This document shows positions 1 through 12,700 of a DNA stretch of 64,000 nucleotides, one piece after another; the first letter of the stretch is position 1; every line of letters starts with the position of its first letter. The position numbers and the translations under genes were made by a program. The notes beneath the pieces were generated by a model. It was not told where the DNA came from, ran no database searches, and saw only the letters and a list, made by a program, of their open reading frames with translations. The stretch is from contig NC_043024.1 in assembly GCF_006345805.1 (NCBI RefSeq), positions 1,860,001 through 1,924,000 of the forward strand. The letters run 5' to 3'. This stretch comes from Octopus sinensis. Lineage: Eukaryota.

Positions 1-1136
1 TGGCTTCCCAGACCCCGGTCGAACCGTCCAACCCATGCCAGCATGGAAAACGGACGTTAAACGATGACGATACTCTGATCATATGGTCCTGGATTCAATA
101 CCTGGTGGTGTGTTGTCTTTGAGCAACACTTTATTTCACGATGCCCCAGTCCACTCAGCTGGCAAAATTATGAGTTGTACCTGTATTTCAAAGGTACCAG
201 TCGTGTCACATTCTGTACCACCCTGAATCTCGTTAAGAGTATAGATTGCTTAACCCTAGACCAGCACTAACACAACGAATTCTTGCCAGACGCACAAGAA
301 ATTTCAAAACTAAAATCATGCAATAATTACTGAGGGAAATTCTGCTTAAAGCACCCCTATAACTCCCCAACCTTTTTGGAATCTTGAGAAAAAGTTTCGG
401 AGTTTGCCTTTCTACAAGACAGGAATTCATACGATTACTCAAAAAAAAAAAAAGCTTTTTGTTCTTGATTTACGGCCCCTTTGGCTGTTATTTTTAGCAC
501 ATCTCACGATCACCTCATACCCCCCCCCCCCAACACATGCTGCCAAAAACTCGAACCGTCCGTAATTAAAACCGTGATTTAAAAAGAAAACAAATTCGAA
601 AAGATAAAAATAATTTCACAGTCGTGTCAATTTCCGTGTGGAGAATACAAAATCCAACAAATTTTCTGAGAATTCCCAAAACTAAAAAAAATTATGAGGA
701 ATTATATGTCTCTGCGCAGGGCAAAATTCCTCCAACAATTCTCAATTCTTTCAACATCTCTGCAAAATTTACCTGAAATGGCCACAAAAATAGGGAATGC
801 GACAATAATATAAAAAATTCAGTTTTTTTGCACCCCCATGAATAATAAATAACTTGATAGATATTCCAAAACTCAGTTTAAGTTTTACCATCACATTTAA
901 TGCGAAAAATTAAATTCTGAAACTTATGGAAAATAAATTTTGGCATTGAAGCTAAACACCATTTATAATTAGGGTTTAATTTTCATCTTCAACCCTAATT
1001 AACAATATTTCTATCAAAGATTTTACACACTTTTCTTGCAGATTAATTATTAATAGAGAAGCAGAGATCAGTTGTAATTATTTAATTATGAAATTAAAAT
1101 AACGATCAGATTTTTTTTTCCACACATTAACTTATG

Positions 1137-1319
1137 GGTACTACTTAAGAAAAGTGGTCCCGGTGCACGCATCCGCGCTAGCTAGACGTGACTAGTCGAT
1201 CCCACTACATAGCAAAATAGATAAAACACAAAAAACACAAAGTAAGGATCGACTAGTCACGACTAGCTAGCGCGAGTATGCGAGTGCGCGCACCGGGTCC
1301 ACTCCTCTTAAATAGTACC
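1137..1319. mobile_element. MITE-like inverted-repeat element
   Basis: Imperfect ~65-75 bp arms (ggtactacttaagaaaagtgg...gactagtcgatcc / ggatcgactagtcac...ttaaatagtacc) around a ~45 bp A-rich spacer; no clear TSD. Confidence 0.6.
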
Positions 1320-2019
1320 AACTTGTGGTGTTGGATTCGATTAACTAAAATAGAGAAATCTCTACCGCAGCCGGCTTCTCAGCCCCCAAAAATCCTAGAT
1401 GGACCTTCGGAGACCATATGGGACCTATTGAGAACAACTGTCCTAAAGGGTATTCGTAGATTTCATTAAAGAATCTTCCTTTGATAGCTATTCAGAGGTG
1501 GGGGTCACTTCTGTAATTAGGGCTTAACCGGCGATCGCTACTCAACTTCGCGAATGTTTCCGCATAACTTCTTGAAAAATGGATATCTTCAAATGAAATA
1601 TTCTACAAATACGCTACAGACGGTATAGATTCTGATTAAACCGGAATTTATAATGTTAAAAGGGGGAGACGAGAGTTTTTGGTAAGTTCTCTTGTGTTGG
1701 TTGGGTTTTCTGTCATAAAATTTCCAACATATTCCTTTCAGATGCTGTAGATTACCATTATGTCGGTATTTAATATATAAAAAACAGAAAATTTGCTGAA
1801 AATCCGACCCAAACCCTTGACCCACGTCCCACAAATACGACACGTGGTGCCGACACCATTCACATCGAAGTCGATATATTTACACCCAAAAATCAATCAT
1901 TATTGGTACGAATATTGAGAATTAAGACATGAAGGGTCGATATTAATATAAAATTGAGAGAAATAATTGAGTTTGGAGATGAGTAAATTGCAAAAAGGTG
2001 AAGAGAGGAAGATTACCGT

Positions 2020-2105
2020 GTCTAGCGCCAAATGGAGTCGGATGGGGAAAGGAAGTCGCGGAGGAGAGGATTGTGGGTAATGGCTGGAATAGGCCGGAAG
2101 TGAGT
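2020..2105. promoter_or_regulatory. Promoter-like GC/CpG-rich patch with ETS and E2F-like motifs
   Basis: CCGGAAGT at 2094-2101; GCGCCAAA (TTTGGCGC on minus) at 2025-2032. Motif match only. Confidence 0.25.
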
Positions 2106-2262
2106 GAAACATGGCTTTTATCTGATGAGAGGAGAATTTATTTGAAATTGACGTTTTTTTTAGCTTTTTGTTATTAAATTAAAGATTATGATACTTCGTT
2201 AATTGAAATAAAATGTACGTTACAAAAAAAAAAAAAAAACTCTGTGTGTGTGTGTGTGTGTT

Positions 2263-2548
2263 GAGGCGCAATGGCCTAGTGGTTAGAGCAGCGGACTTGC
2301 GGTCGTAGGATCGCGGTTTCGATTCCCAGACGGGGCGTTGTGAGTGTTTATTGAGTCAAATCACCTAAAGTTCTGCATGGTTCCGGCAGGGGGTGGTGGC
2401 GATCCCTGCTGTATTCTTTCGCCGCAATTTTCTCTCACTCTTTCTTCTGTTGGCCTGCTCGCGGCGTCATTTGAAGGCTAAAACAATGCGAAGCGCATTG
2501 TGACCAGCGATGTGTAACAACATCTGATAACCTGGTCTGTCACGGTGA
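2263..2548 (+). mobile_element. tRNA-derived SINE (family D, tail type 1)
   Basis: Head gaggcgcaatggcctagtggttagagcagcggac...ggtttcgattccc with A- and B-box-like motifs; head shared with three other copies. Confidence 0.8.
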
Positions 2549-3134
2549 TATATATATATCAGACCAGGCTATCAGATGTTACAGGAATGGCTCTGTGGTC
2601 CTGGGTTCAATCCTAATGCGTGGCACCTTGGGCAATTTTATTTTACTCTAGCCTCAGACCAACCAAAGTGAGTAGACTTAGTAGATGGAAACTGAAAGTT
2701 TGTTTGTGTATAAATAAATATATGTAATGTGTGTGCTTGCCCTCCCTCCCCTCCTGCCGCTTGACAACCGATGTACCAAACTCTAAAGAATAAGAACTGG
2801 GCTCGATTCGTAAATACATAAAATATGTGTGTGTGTGTGTTCAGCATTTAACATGGGTTGGACCGTTTGACAGGAACTGGCAAGGATACGGGCTGCACCA
2901 GGTGCCACAGTCTGTTTTGACTTAGTTTCTATGTCTGGATGCCCCTCCAAATGCCAACTACTTTTCAGAGTGTACCAAGGTGCCTTTTGTGTAGCATCAA
3001 GACCCATACCAATGTTCTTTGTGTGGCAGCTTGCTTTTAGGATCTCAATTCTCTTGTGGTATATATATATGTGTATGTGTGTATTTGTATATGCATAATA
3101 TATAAATATATATATATGTATATATATGTATATG

Positions 3135-4450
3135 AATAGGAGGAGAGTCTGCCAAATGTTGAGGAACCAGCTACTTGGATTGACAGTTCCTTGTTAGATA
3201 AAGCAATTAAGGATACAAAGACGGGGAAAGCCCCTGGCCCATCAGGAATCACCACTGAGAAGCTTTAAATATCTGGCAATGGGGCTTATGGTCTAGTCAA
3301 CTGTATTGTAAATCAGGTGGATCATGATGGAGTCATACCCAATGACTGGTATAGCAGCACCATTGTCAACTGCTACAAAGGTATAGGTGATGCCTTTGAA
3401 GTAATTACAAAGGTATCAAATTGTTGGATCGGGTGATCAAAGTGATGGAGAGGGTCATAGCCCAACTAATTAGGGAGAGAGTTAGCCTAGATGAGATGCA
3501 GTTTGGTTTTGTGCCAGGGAGAAACACCACTGATGCTATATTTCCGGTAAGGCAGCTGCAGGAGAAATACCTAGCCAAAGCCAAACCTCTGTTCTTGGTC
3601 TTTGTAGAGTTGGAGAATGCCTTTAACAGAGTCCCCTGATCCCTTATCTGGTGATCAGTGAGGAAACTAGGGATAGACGAGTGGTTGGTGATAGCTGTAT
3701 AAGCAATGTTCAGGGATGCTACCAGTAAGTTAAGGGTTGGCAATGAGAACAGGGAAGAATTCAGGGAACAAGTTGGGGTTCACCAAGGATCAGTGCTCAG
3801 CCCCCTCTTGTTCATCATAGTCTTCCAGGCAATAACAGAGGAATTAATGATAGGCTGCCCCTAGGAGCATGTTGATGGCTTTCTTCTTATAGCTGAATCA
3901 CTACCAGAACTAGAGAAGTTCCAGGTATGGAAGCAAGGTCTAGAATTGAAGGGCCTTAGAGTTAACCTAGCAAAAACCAAAATCTTAGTAAGTAGGAAGG
4001 CAGACAAATCACAAGTCCCTTCAGTAGGTGGCCCTGCTCAATCTGTAGAAAAGGTGTAGGCAGAAATTCCATAAGATGTAGCTGGTGTAAGCTTTGGACA
4101 CATAAGAGGTGCAGTAATATCAGAGGAAGGTTAACAGGGAAACTAGCTTTTGCATGTGGAAGTTGCACAGGTACAAGAAACATTAAAAATGTGCAGAAAA
4201 CAGACTCCATCAACTGCCGATGGAGCAAGCTAGAGGTAGATAGTTTCTGGTATCTAGGAGACCAAGTTAGTAGTGGAGGTGGACGCTCCAAGAGCACAGA
4301 TATAAGAATAAGATTAGGATGGGCAAAGTTCAGAAAGCTCCTACCCCTGCTGGCAACAAAGGGCCTCTCCCTCAGTGAAATGCAGATTGTATGATGCCTG
4401 TGCACAAACAGCTATGCTACATGGCAGTGAAATACGGCTTGTGACAGCCG
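3135..4450 (+). mobile_element. Degenerate RTE-clade LINE reverse-transcriptase fragment
   Basis: Across stops and frameshifts: QFGFVPGRNTTDAIF, VGVHQGSVLSPLLF, GLRVNLAKTKIL, a C4HC3 finger, VDSFWYLGD, RIRLGWAKFRKL. Confidence 0.9.
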
Positions 4451-5118
4451 AGGAATTGCTCACAAAGCAGTGAGCTGGCAAAATCGTTAGTAAGCTGGGC
4501 AAAATGCTTTGTGGTATTTCGTCTGCCACTACGTTCTGAGGTCGACTTTGCCTTTCATCCTTTTCACAGTCGATTAAATAAGTACCAGTTACGTACTCGG
4601 GTTGAATATAATCAACTTACCTCTTCCCTGCAAATTTCAGGTCTTGTGTTTCCAGCAGAAAGAATTATTTGGAATTTTTATTCATTATTTTTTTGTGTTG
4701 AGATCTCAAAGACGTGGTCGTATATTTTTACTATGGCAATGACGGGTAGGTGTGAGAGGCTGAATATGGCCAGTTGGGACATCAAACAAGTATGAAGTGA
4801 GGGCCAGATGTGGCTGGTTTCAATGCTAAAAGGTTAAGAAGGTTGTTTGCCAACTTCATGGTCTTGGGTTCAATCTCACTGTGTGGTACCTTGCACAAGT
4901 GACTTCCTTACAATAAACTGTTCTTTTGTTCGACTCAGCCATGCAGCTGCGGCCATGCTGGAGCTTGCACACTCAAGGATGTAATTACTTTATTTGTGAA
5001 ATACTTTTGAAAATCTTTTCGCAGGATTATTTCCCTATTTTCCCCACACCGCCTGACTTCATTAAATGCATAATTTTTAATATTAGTTATATGTGTTTGG
5101 TGACATACATTATGATTA

Positions 5119-5317
5119 CTCTCTCTCTTTTACTTGTTTCAGTCATTTGACTGCGGCCATGCTGGAACACCGCCTTTAGTCGAGCAAATCGACCCCGGGA
5201 CTTATTCTTTGTAAGCCCAGTACTTATTCTATTGGTTTCTTTTGCTGAACCGCTAAGTGACAGGGACGTAAACACACCAGCATCGGTTGTCAAGCAATGC
5301 TAGGGGAACAAACACAG

Positions 5318-5376
<59 letters not shown>

Positions 5377-5537
5377 TACGACAGGCTTCTTTCAGTTTCC
5401 GTCTACCAAATCCACTCACAAGGCATTGGTCGGCCCGGGGCTATAGCAGAAGACACTTGCCCAAGATGCCACGCAACAGGACTGAACCCGGAACCATGTG
5501 GTTGGTTAGCAAGCTACTTACCACACAGCCACTCCTG
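5119..5537 (-). mobile_element. SINE family A (caggagtggctgtgtggtaag...gactgaaacaagtaaaagag)
   Basis: Full-length copy with internal (TA)n/(TG)n; more than 15 related copies or fragments in the window. Confidence 0.85.
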
Positions 5538-5839
5538 TTTTTAACATTTTATCAAGATAATTGCAATTTATACCATTTAACATATACAACCTTCTTACCA
5601 CACAGCCACACCTGTGCCTAACGACACACACAAACCCTGGAAGGATGAAAGGCAAAGGTGACATGGATAGGATTTGAACTTGTAAAATAACAACCACAAC
5701 TAATTAAGATTGATGGAAAAATGGTTTTTAATCAATGAACAGAAATAATGGAACAATGACAAGATGTTGGTTTTGGTAGACTTAGGCACACACACACACT
5801 CACCTCTCCCATTCACTCCCACAGACACTTTTTCTCTCT

Positions 5840-6006
5840 CACACACACACACACACATATACATTATATATATATATACACATGTATATATATACATACA
5901 TATATATATATGTATGTATGTGCATATAGGTGGAAATATTTATGTATATGTGTGCTTGTATATATATATATATATACATACACATACATATATATATGTG
6001 TGTGGG

Positions 6007-6062
<56 letters not shown>

Positions 6063-6088
6063 CATACACACATATATATGTGTGTGGC

Positions 6089-6136
<48 letters not shown>

Positions 6137-6242
6137 ACACACACATATACATTATATATATATACACATGTATATATATACATACATATATATATGTATG
6201 TATGTGCATATAGGTGGAAATATTTATGTATATGTGTGCTTG

Positions 6243-6274
<32 letters not shown>

Positions 6275-6312
6275 TACATATATATGTGTGTGGGTATATA
6301 TTATATATATAT

Positions 6313-6344
<32 letters not shown>

Positions 6345-6372
6345 CATACACACATATATATATGTGTGTGGC

Positions 6373-6428
<56 letters not shown>

Positions 6429-6493
6429 TATATGTATTTGTATATTATCAACATCATTATCATTTAATGATCTGTGTGTATATATACATGCTG

Positions 6494-6527
<34 letters not shown>

Positions 6528-6585
6528 ATACATATACACATACACGCATGCACACACACACACACACACACATACACACACATAG
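5840..6585. repeat. Compound (TA)n/(CA)n/(TG)n microsatellite with a 284-bp higher-order duplication
   Basis: Unique anchor ggtggaaatattt at 5929 and 6213. Confidence 0.9.
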
Positions 6586-6622
6586 GAGTCCATGTGTGTG
6601 CAGAAGAGAGCATGCATCTGGG

Positions 6623-6768
6623 CTAACATTTGATGGGTTTCGTAGCGACAAGTACTGTGACCGGTTTCGACAGCTGCAGCGTGAAAAGTCCTGATTTGTT
6701 GCTGCTGGAAATGGGTTGGTAACCAGGTTCGGTGCACAAGACCAGGGACACTTCCACGTGGCATGGTT
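6623..6768 (-). CDS. INTS4: INTS4 exon 19 (terminal)
   Basis: ttctag|(E)[10 protein letters not shown]...[21 protein letters not shown], 146 nt. Confidence 0.88.
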
Positions 6769-9700
6769 CTAGAATGGCAGAAATAAGAAATGGTTAAAGC
6801 AACCAACACAACAACAACAACAACAACCACCACCATCACCTGACGTTCTTCCTGTCACCAACTTTCACTCGTTTCCATGCAAAGTAATACACTTGCATGT
6901 GTAAACTTACACAAAGGCGTAGGAGTGGCCGTGTGGTAAGTAGCTTGCTTACCAACCACATGATTCCGAGTTCAGTCCCACTGCGTGGCACCTTGGGTAA
7001 GTGTCTTCTGCTATAGCCTCGGGCCGACCAAAGCCTTGTGTGTGGATTTGGTAGATGGAAACTGAAAGAAGCCCGTCATCTATATGTATATATATATGTG
7101 TGCGTGTCTGTGTTTGTCCCCCTAGCATTGCTTGACAACCGATGATGGTGTGTTTACGTCCCCGTCACTTAGTGGTTCGGCAAAAGAGACTGATAAAATA
7201 AGTACTAGGCTTACAAAGAATAAGTCTTGGGGTCGATTTGCTCGACTAAAAGGTGGTGCTCCAGCATGGCCACAGTCAAATGACTGAAACAAGTAAAAGA
7301 GTAAAGATATAAGCATATGCACGTGTGGTTTGGCATGCATAGCACCATCCAAGCGTGATCGTTGCCAGAGCAACTATCTGGCCTCCGTGCCAGTGACACA
7401 TAAAAGGCACCATTCAAGTGTGATCATTACCAGCGTCGCCTTACTGGCACCTGTGCTGGTGGCACGTGAAAAAAACATTTGAGCGAGGTCATTGCCAGTA
7501 CCGCCTGACTGGCCTCCATGCCGGTGGCATGTAAAAGCATCCACTACACTCACGGAGTGGTTGGCGTTAGGAAGGGCATCCAGCTGTAGAAACGTTGCCA
7601 GATCAGATTGGAGCCTGGTGCAGCCTTCTGGCTTCCCAGACCCTGGTCTAACCATCCAACCTGTGCCAACATGGAAAATGGACGTTAAACCATGATGATG
7701 ATGATGATAATACATGCTCTTACAAGACCCGCATTAGACTCCTAACTCGTATCATTATTGAACCGAGAGTTCAACTACAGCATGTTTGATTGAGTGGAGG
7801 AACCAGAAAATCGTGGAATCGCAGGAAATTGTTGAGGAGTTGTTACGTTGTTGGCAGAATTCAGTCTGTGTCTTCCCCGTTTGTAGTATTGTATATCCCA
7901 TTGTTATGGTGTAGGATACAAAAGTGACATACAGTAATCTCATTACAAAAAAAATGGTTTCACCACACTCTACTTTACAACAGAATGGTCAGTGGAAAGA
8001 AAGGCATCCAAAAATGGACAGTTACACCAACAAAAATGACCATCCAACCCTAATTAAACTTATAAGGAAACACGGATGTAAAATTGTGAAATAAATGGAA
8101 AATGGAAACATGAAGAATATAAAAAAACAGAAAGTAATGAGATGAGAGTTGAGAGAATAAGTGTCTTACCGGACCAGAGTCTGTGGGAGAGGATGACATT
8201 CGTGACAAGATTGTAACGAAGGGGACCAAGTTTACGGAAATCATTGAAGTTCAGTTTTACTAATTGGGTCTCCAGGTCTGGATATTTCACCTGAAATTAA
8301 GCAATTAGGATAAAGAGTAAAAGAAGAGGAAAATAAAAGAAATGAAAAATATATATATATATAATATATATATATATCACTATATCTCTCTCTGTATGTA
8401 TATGTATATATATATATATATACACACGATATAGTGTATATTTAAACACATGAGGAATCCACTTATAGGAATTCAATACGCTAGAAAGAACAGCTAGGTT
8501 CTATAACCACAAAAATTAGGGATAAAATTCGACAGGAATGAATGAGATGAAAAATAAAAACATTTTACCATCTAGTTTCCTGGACCAATTCATTTCTGAT
8601 TTTAGTTTAGTAAGTAAAGGAACTCGCCAGGTGCAGGACCACCTAGGTTTAAACATATACACACAGGGCGATCAAACTGCTTGCCTCATATTTATACGTC
8701 CTAACTTTTTAGGACGTATAAATACAGGGCAATAAAAAAATGCCAACTTTTAAAACCGAAAATTATCCCCCCCAAAAATGTATATATATATATATATATA
8801 TTCATCATCATCAGATGTTAAACGACAATGATGATGATGATATACATATACATACAAAGAGAGATATAGAGATACTTTTACATGGAGTATAAAAGGGGCC
8901 GATAGAATAAGTACTAGGCTAACAAAGAATAAATCCTGGGGTTAATTTTATTAATTAAATCCTCCAAGACGGTGCTCCAGCATGGCCGCAGTCAAATGAC
9001 TGAAACAAGTAAAAGAATAAAAAAAACAACAGAACAAGCGAAGCCAGTCAAGAGAATAGGGTCTTACCAAAGCACGGATACACGAAACATCCTGTATGTT
9101 GTTGATGCTGGCATGCAGGGGCAGCGCAGCAGTGAGGCCAGCGGTAAACTTGAGGGGGTTATCTGAGGTCTTGGTTGGCTCGTGGATGATGACTTCGACC
9201 TTGCACAAGCGGTTCGATATGTGCAGCGCTTGTGGTTGCATTAGCGACATGTCGTTCTGCACCAGTTTGTGCAGCACGACTGGCTTCACGTCTTCGACAC
9301 CGTCCAGCTTGCTGAATAGCTCCGACAGGAAACGGTCCAGTGTTGCATCGTTGATGGTGAGGAACCTGAAGAAGAAAACAGGGGTTTCAGGGAAATTGCG
9401 GTTGTGGTCAGTCTCAAGCTAAGTGAAATCATAGCCATGGTCCGTTCTGGTGACACATGAAAGGCACCTGTGCCAGTGACACATGAAAGGCACCCGTACC
9501 AGTGGCACATTACAGGCACCTGTGCTGGTGACATGTAAGAGGCACCTGTGCTGGTGACATGTAAGAGGCACCTGTGCCAGTGATACGTAACAGGCATTCA
9601 TGCCTGTGATATGTTAAAGGCACCTGAGTCAGCGACACGTTAAAGGCACCCGTGCCAGTGACACATTAAAGGCACCTGTGCTGGAGACACATAAGAGGCA

Positions 9701-12700
9701 CCTGTGCCAGCGACATGTTACAGGTACCCATACCAGTGACACATAAAAGGCATCAACACTGGCGGCACATGAGAGGCACCCATACTGGTAATATGTAAAA
9801 GACACCCATGCCAGTGACACATAAAAATCACCTGTGCTAGTGAATGCATATAATTGTGATGTGTGAAGAGTCGTTAACAACCACCGTCGTTAACACTTGT
9901 TAACGACTCTTCACACATCACCATCATATGCATTCACTCATGCACGTCCATGCATAGACATTGTCATGCATCATTGTCGTTGCTTTTGACTTACTTTTGT
10001 ACATGCTGCATCATCTGCAGGAAGTTACGACACGCTTGGCTGCTCTCTGCTTCGTCACACCTGCACAACACCAGAGTCAGCATCACGGCCGATGCCTTGA
10101 GTCGAGTCTGGTGCACGAGACTCAGTTCGCTGACGCCAACACCCAGGAACAGCTTCTCCAGTTCTTCCGTCATCAGCAGAACCTGAAGAAGAACAACAAA
10201 AACAAAAATATCATCATCATCACCGCTGCCACCACCACCATCATCATCATCATCGTTTTAACATGCGCTTTTTCATGCTTCGACGGGTTGGACGGATTTA
10301 TTTGAGGTCGATTTTCTATGGTTGGATTCCGTCCCTGTCACCAACTTGGTTGAAAATTGACAGCAAGATGAACTGTTACAGATCTCGTTATCCTAAAGAG
10401 TGTCTCCAATGTGGACTTGTATTCCCACCAAAATTCCAAAGATGAACTCTATTAGTCCTGGGTAAGCCTTTAAACTGCAGCAGGGAGTGGGGCCTTGGTA
10501 CAGGAGTCCCATACTCTCTTTTACTTGTTTCAGTCATTTGACTGTGGCCACGCTGGAGCACCGCCTTTAGTCAAGCAAATCGACCCCGTGACTTATGCTT
10601 TGTAAGCCCAGTACTTATTCTATCGGTCTCTTTTGCCGAACTGCTAAGTGACGGGGACGTAAACACACCAGCATCGGTTGTCAAGCAATGCTAGGGGGAC
10701 AAACACAGACACACAAACACACACATATATATATACATATATACGACAGGCTTCTTTCAGTTTCCGTCTACCAAATCCACTCACAAGGCTTTTGTCGGCC
10801 CAAGGCCATAGTAGCAGACACTTGCCCAAGGTGCCACGCAGTGGGACTGAACCCGGAACCATGTGGTTGGTTAGCAAGCTACTTACCACACAGCCACTCC
10901 TGCGCCTCTGATTTATATATATATATATAAATAAATTTAAAATGAGGGTGAGAAATTAGATATTAATTTAATTAACATCGATTTCACACCAGTGGTCTAG
11001 CATATAGATATATATATACCTTCAGTATATATACATATATATATGTATATACATATGCAACAGGCTTCTAACAGTTTCCATCTACCAAATCTGCTTACAA
11101 GGCTTTGGCTGAGCTGGGACAATTGAAAAAGACATTTGCCCAAGCTACCTTGCAGTGGGACTGAACTCAAGACCAAATGGTTGAGAAGCAAGCTTCATAA
11201 CCACACAGCCATGCCTGTGTCTGTATACATGCATAGATGCGCACATACACACCTATATACACACACACATAGACACATATATTATACATACATGTGTATA
11301 TATGTATTATGTATATAATGGGCTTCTTTTAGTTTCCATCAACCACATCCGGTCACAAGGCCTTGGTTTGGCTTCGTGTTGTTGTAGAAGACACATGCAG
11401 CGGTAACAACAACAATCAGCTATAACGATGATGATAATGACAATGAGATGACTATAATGATAATAACATCACTACTGCTACTACTGCTGCTGCTGTTGAG
11501 CGAAGCGGTCTTCGTCCCAGAGCTCGCAAGATGGGAGAAGTCTGAATCATGGTCCTTTGCTATTCGTAAGACCCGCAGCAAAGAAAGCAGGTCAGCCTCC
11601 CCCCCCCCCCCCCGACACCGAGAGCATCGATGGATGGATGAATGCGCATCCAGGCTCGGCGGTTGTGTACGAAGTCGGGGGACAAGAAACAGGAAGAAAG
11701 AGTGAGAGAAAGTTGGGGCGAAAGAGTACAACAGGGGTCGCCACCACCCCCTGCCGGAGCCTCGTGGAGCTTTAGGTGTTTTCGCTCAATAGACACACAC
11801 AACGCCCGGTCTGGGAATCGAAACCACGATCCTCCGACCGTGAGTCCGCTGCCCTAACCACTGGGCCATTGCGCCTCCTTGCTGCTGCTGCTACTGACAA
11901 CCAAGGGTGGCGGTGGGGACATCAACCTACCTTGTCTAACGAAGACATCAGGGAATCAGAGGTGGACATCTCACAGAAGAAATGGATTGTCTTGGAAACC
12001 ACCTGCAACAACAACAACAAAACAATAAGTGCTACTAAAATATCAAACAAATAAATTAAAACAAAAATACACTCTGTTCTTTTATAAATAAACTGATATC
12101 AAGTCATTGGGCTAGGGCCATGCTGGGGTACTCCTTTCATGCGTGTCAGCATATTATAATTTAACTTTTTTGGCTCAAAAAGCAAAAAGCAAGGCCATGT
12201 AGGGGGACATGGAGTTATGTACAGGGTGGTGTTCATGTAAAGAGTTCAGGCCAAGAGAGACTTTGAACCGAGCAGTCGTTGGCATCTTCACCATCTCGTC
12301 CGGCAGCTTATTCCACGGAACCGCAACCCGGACAGAGAAAGCCCCTCTCCTTCAATTGAGATGAAATCGTCATAGATAGAGCTTTTCGGAGTGACCCCGC
12401 AGCCCACGCTCTGGAGCAGGAGTGAAGAACAGCTCTTTCGAGAGGTTACACTTTCCGCTTATGATGTTGTGAGCATATTTTTTAGCTGATTATCGTCAAG
12501 ACTCGGCCCTTTGCCTGGTTGTTGCTGGTTTTGTAAAGGATAACATGTTGAGAAAGGTTGACCTTTGCAACAGATGAAAGGAATTAAAATTTAGGGGAAA
12601 CAAAATAAAAACAAGGATTTGTCTCTCAGTATCTTGCTTTTTTTTATTCTTTCATTTGTTTCAGTCATTTGACTGCGGCCATGCTGGAGCACCACCTTAA

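Noticed and set aside
1682-1741. Plus-strand 60-nt GTAAGT...TTTCAG intron-like segment
   Set aside because: No open frame continues across the junction and no recognisable protein; probably chance within a repeat
2122-2150. CTGATGA...GAAA on plus
   Set aside because: The intervening sequence cannot form stem II
2263-2340. tRNA-like sequences here and at 11800-11877, 18800-18881, 43870-43945 and 55940-56015
   Set aside because: They continue into SINE bodies and lack a complete acceptor stem; SINE heads, not tRNA genes
5764-6839. Several 90-300 aa ORFs rich in Y/I/H/T/V/C
   Set aside because: Translations of dinucleotide microsatellites; only 6623-6768 is coding, in a different frame
7755-7943. 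62-aa minus ORF in the last INTS4 intron considered as the terminal exon
   Set aside because: No INTS4 similarity; 6623-6768 fits phase and the conserved C-terminus
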